Assembly: GCA_001643675.2 (NCBI GenBank)
Contig: LSRY02000006.1
Coordinates: 1,984,001-2,048,000 of the forward strand
Direction: 5' to 3'
Length of the DNA: 64,000 nucleotides
From: Monocercomonoides exilis PA203
Lineage: Eukaryota; Protista; Preaxostyla
In this document: piece after piece, positions 54,920 through 64,000 of the stretch
Numbering within the stretch: the first letter of the stretch is position 1
Layout: each line of letters opens with the position of its first letter
Made by a program: the position numbers and the translations under genes
Notes under the pieces: model-generated
The model's input: only the letters and a program-made list of their open reading frames with translations
Told to the model about the DNA's origin: nothing
The model's database searches: none

Positions 54920-55209
54920 TTATTTATCTTCTTTGATTTGTCTATGAAGTAAAATAATAGCAAAAATATAAACATCAACATTTTCTAAAATTTTTCAAAT
55001 GCATACGTGCACGTGAAAAGCAAAGCACTTGCAGCGAGGAATATTGAGCTCGCAACAAAGCTGAGATTTCTTGGAAAAGCCGCGAACATTCCCACAAAAG
55101 TTGCTGTTTGCGAAGCTGGCCAATACTCTTGATAAATGGAAAACGCTAATGAAGCTAGAAATAACAGGAATAATATTCCTGAAGACACATAAGAGCAAGT
55201 TGCACGCAT
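54920..55209 (-). CDS. Small two-TM membrane protein (~75 aa, 2 exons)
   Basis: ATG at 55209, two hydrophobic stretches, and a GT..catag intron giving a TQIKEDK* end. Confidence 0.5.
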
Positions 55210-55372
55210 AACTCTGATCTGAATAACCAAAATAAAAGATTTGACAATAAAAATGGTTTCATAAATGTAGTTCTTACTATCGCAAGAAATCAAATTTGAT
55301 ATACATTATATTCTAGCATTCCTTTTGTTGTTTTATCACTTCGTCAAAGTACGAATAGAGCTTTATTTTGTT

Positions 55373-56417
55373 TTTTAATTATCTAGGGCGGTTTTTTTAT
55401 CCGGACAAAAATTTAAAATTAAAATATCTCAATAAATATTCAATATTAAATTTCAGAAATTTGCATAGTTGTATATTAGTATATATGACATCTATTCATA
55501 TCCAAATTTTTATTTGTTGTGCTGTATTTATGAAGAAATAAATTAATTTTATTTCAGAAAATCTGCCTTTTGATGAATTTTTCTATTTCAATAACACGAT
55601 TCAATTCATCTTTTAAACACACAACTTATTTTTTCATGATATAAACAATTTTGGCTATTTTTTATTTTCGGCAATTTGCTCGTTTGGACTGAATAAAAAT
55701 TTGTCATTTCAAAAAAGCATTGTCAATGGGACAACTTAAAAAATATTTTTCATAAAATGCAGGAGCATCTAACTGAAATCAACACTTGCATTAATTAATA
55801 TATTAGTTATATAAAATTTCTTTATTGATGAAATTTAAAATGATTCAGTGAAGATTTTGTAAATGCAATTTGTTTTTTTAATTGATGATTTTCGAATACA
55901 TTTTATTAAAATTAGAATAATATTGATTTTATGAAATCTTCACTGAACCATTATTATTATTACATTGTGGTAAGTTTATATAACTAATATATTAATTAAT
56001 GCAAGTGTTGATTTCAGTTAGATGCTCCTGCATTTTATGAAAAATATTTTTTAAGTTGTCCCATTGACAATGCTTTTTTGAAATGACAAATTTTTATTCA
56101 GTCCAAACGAGCAAATTGCCGAAAATAAAAAATAGCCAAAATTGTTTATATCATGAAAAAATAAGTTGTGTGTTTAAAAGATGAATTGAATCGTGTTATT
56201 GAAATAGAAAAATTCATCAAAAGGCAGATTTTCTGAAATAAAATTAATTTATTTCTTCATAAATACAGCACAACAAATAAAAATTTGGATATGAATAGAT
56301 GTCATATATACTAATATACAACTATGCAAATTTCTGAAATTTAATATTGAATATTTATTGAGATATTTTAATTTTAAATTTTTGTCCGGATAAAAAAACC
56401 GCCCTAGATAATTAAAA
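55373..56417. repeat. Large palindrome B: 443-bp inverted arms, 159-bp degenerate centre
   Basis: 55373-55815 is the reverse complement of 55975-56417, with the same coordinate sum (111790) at both ends. Confidence 0.97.
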
Positions 56418-56973
56418 CTTTGATTAAAAATGTACCATTTTAAAAAAGAAAAAAACAGAAGTGAATTTAAATTTATTCTGTTGTGGCTTAAAGAAAATTA
56501 AAGTCAAAAATTTCTAACACCACGCAAATTGATTTGTCGCCATTCTCAACAATTTGTTGTTAAAGCAGAATGAACAGCGTAAATATTAAAAATCTAATAA
56601 TGAAAGGATATACAAAAAACCTCTAAATTTAAATAAAAGCAAAAACATGACGGAAGGGTATCACTAACCCCTCCACGCCATAATGTCATGACTTCAATTC
56701 ATCAACAGCAATTAATCATCATCACAGAAGACTTTTGCATCATGCTTTCATCAATGAAAGCTGGATTGAATATTTGGTGAAAAAGAGTGATTAATCAATC
56801 CATCTTTTCATTCTCTTTTGATGGCATGATTCATTCGTTATTTCATTCACATTAACATCATTTATTTTATTTCGTTCATCTACACTCTATAGTGCATCAT
56901 GAACTCAATAAATGTTCGTACTGTATACATTTTTTGTGAAAGAAATAAAGAAAGAAATTTCCTGCTTTGCTTG

Positions 56974-59900
56974 TTATATATCATCGGATTCTGCAGGATT
57001 CTTCTCTTCAGAGATGCTTCCATTCAGCTCGGTGAAGTGATCATCAATGTCGCCAAATGAAACATCAACACTTTCGCTGTTTCCATCAATTCCATCATTT
57101 CCATTGCTTTCATCGCTTTTATCGCTTTTATCGAGTCCAGTATTTCCAGTTGTCTCATTCCTTCCAGCATTTCCAATTTTACCATCATTCCCAGTACTCT
57201 CAATATTATCAGTATTCTCAGTACTCTCAGTTTCACAACTGCTTTCGTCAACAACGATGCCAATTTCATTATTCAACAATTTTTGAGCCTCTCCCTCTTC
57301 CTTCTGGAGTGGGGCATCACTTCCTTTGTCCTTCGTCTCATCAGACAGCAATGAATGCGGTAAGTTATCAGCCTTTTCGCAAAGGTATGAAGGATGGTCA
57401 GTCGCATCACAATGCTCACAGACAACAAAAACATCAGGAAGAGAAAACTGCTCAGACACCTCGTGCGAATCCTGCTGTTTCAAAGAAGATTCATTTGCTT
57501 CAGAGTTAATGCTATTTTCAGTAAAGCACAAATCATTAGATGCAAGTTGGGTGTGTGAAAGACTTGTAAATGGCACAGCAGCCAAAGAAGAAGATAGCCC
57601 CTCTGTTGAAGAACCCAGCAGCGCTTCATCTTCTGTAAATGGAAAAGAATTAAGAATTTTGCCCAATCCAGAAATTTCCCCGTTTTCAATATCATCAAAT
57701 AGGAAACTCGAATAAGACCCAAAGCCAACACTGTTCTCCTCGCTGCTGCAGCTCAACGCATTCTCTCTGTCAAGTATCGACCTCAGAAAGTCGTCTGATG
57801 GATAGTGCGGAGATGCCTGCTGCATCTGAAATGAACCTGAATTTGCTATTCTATCTGCCGCCATCGTCTGCTGCTGGTGAAGTGTGGACTTATTCTGTGG
57901 AGTGTTGTCAAATAGAGATGAGGTTTCATGCTCAGACGGATCAGACGAGGCAGAAGAAAACAGCGACGGAGACTCAGTTGTTGGCGAAAGACCAGATGTG
58001 TCAAAAGAATTAGGCATTAATGAAGGAGATAGTTCATTCGTTGTTGTTGTTGTTGTTGACGCAGATGCTTTTGGCGATGTCACTTTAGGCAAGCTTAATG
58101 AAAACAATGAGACATTCGTTGAATGTTCTTTTTCTTCAATAGCGTTTTGATCCAAAACGGAATTTTTGGTGAAAATAGAAGATGATAAACTTGAAGGGTT
58201 AATATGTGGAGGTGATTGGAACAAAGATTTCTCAGATGAGGAATGAGGTAAAGAAGCCTTTGTATTTGTGAAAGAAAATGCTGATTGCACTCCTTTCTGG
58301 TCAACTGGAGAGAGCGGAGACGAAGAAAACGAACTGTCGTTTGAATCCTTATTTGGCTGAGTTGTTGGGTTGGAAGATGAAATATCTTCATTATCAAAAT
58401 ATCGCCCAGTGTCAGCTAATTCATCCAATCTGGGCGCATTGGAAAGGTTGATAGCTTTCCCTGCGCCATCGTTCTGTGGCAAAGCATTGCTTATCAGCGG
58501 AAGTTTATAGCGAGGAACAAACACACTCGCATTAGACGATAAATTCATTGATCCAATTGAAACCTTTGATGGTGATGTTTTCGTCTCTTTATCGCTATCC
58601 TCTTCAGACAAAATCGACAGAGACTTCTGAAATCCACGTGGTAATCCATTTATGCTAAACTTATTAGAATCAGGCGCCTGAAACGAGAAAAGAGGAGGCG
58701 ATGACATCCCAAACTTTCCATACCGATCTGGTAAATCATCAGAATCAGCATCAAACACAGGGAAAAAAGTGGAAGTCTCGTTTTCCTTTCCAAATGGAAA
58801 ATGCCCAGTCAATTGCCCTCTTCGTGACATGCTGTCTGTATCAGCTTCAAACAGATCCTGCCGATACATCAGCATCCCCTTGGCCCCCTTGAATTCATTT
58901 TTGATTCTGCTGTTACTTCCCGTGCTTGATTTACTATTATACTCTCCTCTCCTGCTCTTTCTACCAGCGCCACTTCTGGTTTCCTCACGAAGCTTTTGAC
59001 TGACAGAAACAGGTGAAAACTGAGGCTTCCTTTGTGTGTCCAGAATGATCTCAGCAACTTTGCTAGTGATCTGCTTTAACATCTTTTCTTGCATCTTCTC
59101 CTGCATCTTCTTCTGCAGTTCTTGTTGAACATTCTTCTGAGTCACACTAAGCTCATCAGACTTAACTTCCATGAAAGCAGAAGTGTTAGATGGATGTATT
59201 GTGTCAGGAGATGCACTTGCATAAGGCGTAGAATGGATGCTACTCCTACCATTTTTTTCATCGTTGGCTTTTTCGCTCGTCATTAATTCACTCACCTTCC
59301 GCAATTTCTCCGACAGCATCCTCGCCTTGGCAGCACTTCCTTTATTCTTCTTTGATGAACTATCTTTATTGGTCGTGTTGACACTTCGTTTGTTGCTGTC
59401 ATTTGTGGTACTTTCTGAAATATGTCTAGAATCTTCTCGTGATCCATCCATGTTTCCAGAACTCGTTGCAACAGTCGATTCTGCCGTGCTGGCTTTTTGT
59501 AATTGCCTTGTTTCATCAGCCAAAGAACTTTGACTGCTGTCGCTTTCTGTGTCTGAGTCATTTGAAGGCAGCATCGAAACTTTCAATGCTGGACGTTGAG
59601 CAAGCAACGGTGCATTTGCATCGGAAGATACAACAAGCTTGCCTTTAGAACTACTTTGCTTTGAAACCAACGGTTGAAAAACTCTTTCATTATCTGCTTT
59701 TTGACCGGCTAATTGTTTCATTGACGAAGGTTGCTGGGTGAGTGCATATTCGTTTATTCCGCTGTTGGATACTGTCTGAAGTTGCGGCTGAGCCAACCGA
59801 CCAGGAACAAACATTGGAGCTGGGTTAGAAGGGAAATACGTCTGAAATGAATTCACTCCAGCAACTTGAAAGTATGGCACCTGACTTGGTGGATACATAA

Positions 59901-61779
59901 AGGGATATTTGTATGTCCCAGGCATTTGTGCCCCATCCAGTGTTGATTGAGGCTGAATAGAAAATGATTTTGGATTAACAGTTTTAGGCGTTGCGTTTTC
60001 ACTATCCTCCATTGCTTTTCCATCAGCAGAGTCCGAATAATCAGCCACTCTTGTATTTCTTCCTTTTTTTGCGGACAAGTCTGATTGATCGTCTTGTGCC
60101 GTTTCTTTTTCATACGACGATGAGCCAGTCATATAAAATGAAGGAGAAATCGGTGGAGGGTTTGTCAACGATCCATTTTTCTCATTTTTCGCCTGTTGGG
60201 ATATCTGCAAAAATTCGCCAATTTGATTTGAAGCCTCTGCCTGTCCAGTTGGTGGTAAAGGCAGCGGAGGAAGGCGAAGATTTGATAAATTTGAAGGTGA
60301 AGATTTATCTCCTGCTGTGTTTTCATTCGATAGCTTCCTCTCCACTGAAGTTCGCTTTGACTCCTTTGAATTTTGCTTGTGAACAATATTTTCCTTTAAA
60401 TTTTGATCTTCTTTCTCCGCATCTTCTGATTTGTCTTCTTTTTCAGATTTTTTATGACTTTTTTCTTTTCCTTTATCCTTCTTCTTTTCTTTTTCTTTTT
60501 CCTTTTCATTGTCACTTTCTTGTTCTGCTCCTTTTAATTTCGAAGCAGGTTTTTGTTGAACCTCGCAAGTGTTTTGAAATTCCCCTTCTTTAGTTCCAGT
60601 TTCATTAGAATTAGTTATCTTCTTTTTCTTTTTCTTTTTCTTCTTCTTCTTTTCAATTACATCTGTATCGCCTAAATCCATTGCTAATTCTGCAAGCATT
60701 TTCATTTTTAATTCTTTACGCTGTCGCCTTTTATTTTCTTTTTCTTTCATTTCAGTTCTTTCTTTCAACAAGGATAAAACAAGATTAACCAATGTATCTA
60801 TTTCTTGTTCATATTCTGAAATAAGTTTGGATGAAGGTGTCGTTTCAGTTCCGCTATTCTTTCCTGCTCCTTTCTTCTTTCTCTTCTTCTTTTTGTCATT
60901 CTCCATCTTCAAAAATTCATTCACAAGTTCATCAAGTGACGATGAATTACTAAGTGCTGGGGAAGTAGATGTCAATGAAGAAAATGATGACAACGAAAAA
61001 AGACTATCCTGATCGCTGCTGCGTCGATGAATATTATCTCTGTCTTTTAAAGAGTTTTGCTGAGCGGTTTGTGATGCTGACTGTAAATTTTTTTGCATTT
61101 GAGAATTTTCCATTGAAGCGAACTGAGATTCTTTCATATTAGCAGCATTCAAAGAAGGATTAGTTTGAATTTGCTGGAGTGCGGAATCAAAAACTTCTTC
61201 ATGAGTTTTGCGTGACTTATTTGAAAGTCCTCGTGAAGAATTTCGTTTTATTATTTTTATTTTTGTAGGTTTTTCATTTTTTGGTTTTTCATTACTTTTA
61301 TCCGGTAAATCTGGGAGTGGTCCAAAATATTCATCTGGAAAGGAAAGAGGATCATGTATGCGCTTCCCCTGAATTTTATTTATTGATTCTTGATTGGTGC
61401 TAGAAGCAAATGGATCGGCAGTTTTCAGCATTCTATTAGAATTAGTATCCAATTGATTAGCTCTCGTCTCTTCGGAGAGTGATATGTGTTGCTTTATTTT
61501 TACACTTCCAACTTCACTTGATAATTTCGTTGAGGTGGTTTCAGAAAATATATCATTATCATTTTTTGGGGAAGTTGAATTCTCGGATAATTTCAACGGA
61601 AAAATACGTGCATTAGTCGAATCAATTTCAGGAGTTAAATTTTCTCTAGAAGTTAATGTATTAGTAAATGACCCTGTTTGTAACGGCTGTGACATAGAGT
61701 TTATAGAAGCTAAAGAAAATCGTTGGGGAGATTCTTTCCTAATGTGGTCATATGAATTTTTTATATCTCCGGCACTCAT
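56974..61779 (-). CDS. Large disordered protein with PAM2-like motif and CCHC zinc knuckle
   Basis: About 1,600-codon uninterrupted ORF (first in-frame ATG at 61779). NLSSNASVFVP, CEHCDATDHPSYLC and poly-Lys NLS-like tracts. Confidence 0.8.
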   Translation of the reverse strand: MSAGDIKNSYDHIRKESPQRFSLASINSMSQPLQTGSFTNTLTSRENLTPEIDSTNARIFPLKLSENSTSPKNDNDIFSETTSTKLSSEVGSVKIKQHISLSEETRANQLDTNSNRMLKTADPFASSTNQESINKIQGKRIHDPLSFPDEYFGPLPDLPDKSNEKPKNEKPTKIKIIKRNSSRGLSNKSRKTHEEVFDSALQQIQTNPSLNAANMKESQFASMENSQMQKNLQSASQTAQQNSLKDRDNIHRRSSDQDSLFSLSSFSSLTSTSPALSNSSSLDELVNEFLKMENDKKKKRKKKGAGKNSGTETTPSSKLISEYEQEIDTLVNLVLSLLKERTEMKEKENKRRQRKELKMKMLAELAMDLGDTDVIEKKKKKKKKKKKITNSNETGTKEGEFQNTCEVQQKPASKLKGAEQESDNEKEKEKEKKKDKGKEKSHKKSEKEDKSEDAEKEDQNLKENIVHKQNSKESKRTSVERKLSNENTAGDKSSPSNLSNLRLPPLPLPPTGQAEASNQIGEFLQISQQAKNEKNGSLTNPPPISPSFYMTGSSSYEKETAQDDQSDLSAKKGRNTRVADYSDSADGKAMEDSENATPKTVNPKSFSIQPQSTLDGAQMPGTYKYPFMYPPSQVPYFQVAGVNSFQTYFPSNPAPMFVPGRLAQPQLQTVSNSGINEYALTQQPSSMKQLAGQKADNERVFQPLVSKQSSSKGKLVVSSDANAPLLAQRPALKVSMLPSNDSDTESDSSQSSLADETRQLQKASTAESTVATSSGNMDGSREDSRHISESTTNDSNKRSVNTTNKDSSSKKNKGSAAKARMLSEKLRKVSELMTSEKANDEKNGRSSIHSTPYASASPDTIHPSNTSAFMEVKSDELSVTQKNVQQELQKKMQEKMQEKMLKQITSKVAEIILDTQRKPQFSPVSVSQKLREETRSGAGRKSRRGEYNSKSSTGSNSRIKNEFKGAKGMLMYRQDLFEADTDSMSRRGQLTGHFPFGKENETSTFFPVFDADSDDLPDRYGKFGMSSPPLFSFQAPDSNKFSINGLPRGFQKSLSILSEEDSDKETKTSPSKVSIGSMNLSSNASVFVPRYKLPLISNALPQNDGAGKAINLSNAPRLDELADTGRYFDNEDISSSNPTTQPNKDSNDSSFSSSPLSPVDQKGVQSAFSFTNTKASLPHSSSEKSLFQSPPHINPSSLSSSIFTKNSVLDQNAIEEKEHSTNVSLFSLSLPKVTSPKASASTTTTTTNELSPSLMPNSFDTSGLSPTTESPSLFSSASSDPSEHETSSLFDNTPQNKSTLHQQQTMAADRIANSGSFQMQQASPHYPSDDFLRSILDRENALSCSSEENSVGFGSYSSFLFDDIENGEISGLGKILNSFPFTEDEALLGSSTEGLSSSLAAVPFTSLSHTQLASNDLCFTENSINSEANESSLKQQDSHEVSEQFSLPDVFVVCEHCDATDHPSYLCEKADNLPHSLLSDETKDKGSDAPLQKEEGEAQKLLNNEIGIVVDESSCETESTENTDNIESTGNDGKIGNAGRNETTGNTGLDKSDKSDESNGNDGIDGNSESVDVSFGDIDDHFTELNGSISEEKNPAESDDI

Positions 61780-62094
61780 ATGTGTATAATTGCGTGCCTG
61801 GAAGTGGTACAAATATGTCTAATATATAATTATGAATATCGTATCTTTGTTGTTGGGGCATTTATTTGATCGAATTGTTCGTTTTTTATTATGGATCCTC
61901 GCTCACAACACATCAAAAGCACATATTTTTTCTTTTTCAATAATATTTAATAATTCAAAATAAATTAGTCCAAATACTTCAATTGAAATGAATTTTGAAA
62001 ATATGATTAATTCCTTCACTTATTGATTTTTAAGTCTCTAAACCGAAATTTGAGAATATTTATTTTAAAATGTGTTTTTCCTTTTTAAATAATA

Positions 62095-62609
62095 CACCAA
62101 AAATTATTTAAAATGAGAATTTTTGTATTCAAAAAAATAAAAATTGCATTCAAAATAATAATATTGCAAACAAAATGAGAACTTTTGAGTTCAAAATGGA
62201 AATTTTGTAAACGAATTAATAATATTTACAAACGAAATAATTATTTTTGCATTCGAATTAATTATTGTTGTAAACCTAACTAAAATTAATTCGCACTCTC
62301 ACCAAATTTTGTGAAAATCAGTTTGCCACTTTTGAATCATAAATAATTTTGTGTTGTCATTATTATTTCGCACGAAAGAAAATTTTTTTGAAATTTTTTA
62401 TTTTAAAAAGAAAATTTTTAGAATTTGAAATTAGTTTAATTCCTATGAAAACAGAAAATATTTTCTTTTCGAATGCAAAATTATTTATTTCGTTCGAAAT
62501 TTTTTCATTTCGAACGCAAAAATTATTAATTTGAATAAAAAATTATTATTATGAATGAAATTTTTATTAATTCGATTGCTAAAATTCTCATTTAGAATAA
62601 TTTTTGGTG
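62095..62609. mobile_element. Non-autonomous TIR element (CACTA/CMC- or foldback-like MITE) with ~21-bp subterminal repeats
   Basis: Ends CACCAAAAATTATT(TA/CT)AAATGAGAATTTT in inverted orientation. Each arm is built of degenerate 20-21-bp units such as AAAATGAGAATTTTTGTATTC and GAAATAATTATTTTTGCATTC. Confidence 0.7.
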
Positions 62610-62610
62610 C

Positions 62611-62676
62611 AATAATAATAATAATGAATAATGAATAATAATAATGAATAATAATAATAGTAATAATAGTAATAAC
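62611..62676. repeat. Imperfect (AAT)n microsatellite
   Basis: AATAATAAT interrupted by G, directly abutting the right TIR of the MITE. Confidence 0.85.
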
Positions 62677-63518
62677 TAGTTGCAACAAAAAACATTTGTC
62701 AGAAATAAAAAAAAACTCCCACAACCAAAATCAAATTCAGTGTCAACAAATAACAGTAACATGCACATTTAATCTTTAGAAAATGAATTAAATTTCCAAA
62801 AGAAAAGGGGAAAAAATTGAAATGAAGAAAATCAGAAACAAATTTTCTTGTCAAGAAAATAAGGTGAAAATTCTCGAACTTCAGATTTTTTTTTTTTGAA
62901 AAATAATGTACTTATGATTTATTATTTATGATCAAAAAAGCAAATGAATGTGTTTATTTTTTGCACTTGTGGGATATTAAAGTTTTTTTATAATTATATA
63001 TAATATGCCTGCAATCGTACATGAAAATATTGGTTTTTTTCTTTTTTTTAAAAGTCACAATTGTTTATTTTTTGAATAAATCAAAAATTTCATATTTTAC
63101 TCAAATTTCTGTTTCAACTCACGAATCTTTTCAAAAATGTTTGAAATAGCATTGTCAAGAGATATATTCCATATGAGTGAAGTTTGGTATATGTCAACAA
63201 AAATTTGAACAAAATAAGAAAATTAAACATTACTTGAAAATTAAACATTTGCAACTTTTCCAAAATAATTACACAAATATGAAAAATATTAGCAACTGAA
63301 TAAATACATTTTAATGTTCAACCTGTTTCAAATGGGGGAGAAAATGGGAGGAAAAAAGGTTCCCTTTGAAATTCAATCAGCCACGTGTTGGTTCTTAGGA
63401 ATAAAATACAAAATAAAAAACTTTTAATGAAAAAAAATTTAAATTTCGATGAAAATTGAAATATATAATAATAAATTAAATAAATTAGCTTAATGATTAT
63501 TATTTAAAAAAATTAAAA

Positions 63519-64000
63519 ATGAAAAACGAAGTTGCAAAGAAATCTTCTGCAGGTCAGCTGAAGCTGCGAGAGGCGATGTTATCATTCAAATACAGACAAT
63601 TTCGGAATCCGCTGGAGCGAATGGCGTACATAGAAAACGATGGAGCTGTGCGTATGGTGGATGCAAACAACTGACAAATAATTTTTATTTTTCGAATCAA
63701 GCGTGTGGTGAAGGCTGTTTGGCAAGGCAGATTTGTTTCTTAAATTGGAAGACCTGCTGTGGTCATTGGCGAAAAAGAGCATAATGGGCTGAACGAAATA
63801 AAAATAGAATCGCCAACTGTTACAAGCTTAGCCATCAAGAAAATTCGTGAAATGGTTTGTATTTATATTCTTTGAAATGAATTAATTAATATTAATTAGA
63901 TTGAAAATGTTGTTAATGATTTGAAACCAGAAAACACGCCAGACGTTAAAGTCTCTACGTCAGTTGCCTACGATTTCATCAAACGACATGCAGAGCTGAA
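63519..64000 (+). pseudogene. Second pogo-like transposase relic, N-terminal HTH region (runs off the window)
   Basis: RVVKAVWQGRFVS*IGRPAVV aligns with RGVKAEKEGRDVGVDGDPLII of the first element. AYDFIKRHAEL resembles a CENP-B-type HTH end. Stops and a frameshift are present, with an intron at 63855-63899. Confidence 0.6.

Noticed and set aside
55375-56415. TTAA or TA target-site duplication for palindrome B
   Set aside because: Any self-complementary word inside an inverted repeat looks like a TSD, and symmetry extends beyond it, so it is not diagnostic.
56873-56904. SECIS-like ATGA...GA hairpin
   Set aside because: Upper helix is too short, there is no apical AA motif, and the upstream ORF has no in-frame TGA.
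62095-62609. CRISPR-like array
   Set aside because: Units are contiguous and degenerate with no unique spacers; eukaryotic context and no cas genes.

Overview
This is AT-rich, intron-containing eukaryotic DNA in the standard genetic code (TAA and TGA stops are used in conserved genes). Short GT(TTG)...AG introns, poly-Ser tracts and two lineage-type expanded gene families suggest an oxymonad such as Monocercomonoides; this is an inference from style, not a database result. About 15 apparently intact genes were reconstructed by hand across introns: a PP2C phosphatase, a DHHC palmitoyltransferase, a divergent histone H3, NCKAP1/Nap1, ribophorin I, a vitellogenin/MTP-like secreted protein, Sec20, a Cys-pair protein, a NUDT5-like Nudix hydrolase, an Mps1-like kinase, a roughly 4,300-aa CCDC162-like protein, an hnRNP L/PTB-like protein, a PAM2 plus zinc-knuckle protein, a small membrane protein and a secreted family protein cut by the left window edge. 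There are also several pseudogenes, a complete dead pogo-type transposon, a second pogo relic at the right edge, and a CAC-ended MITE. The most striking unexplained structures are two unrelated intergenic palindromes (34890-35709 and 55373-56417). Their 375-bp and 443-bp arms appear identical, while their centres are degenerate remnants of the same symmetry. This suggests an active arm-homogenising (gene-conversion or foldback) system. No tRNA, rRNA or CRISPR array was seen.
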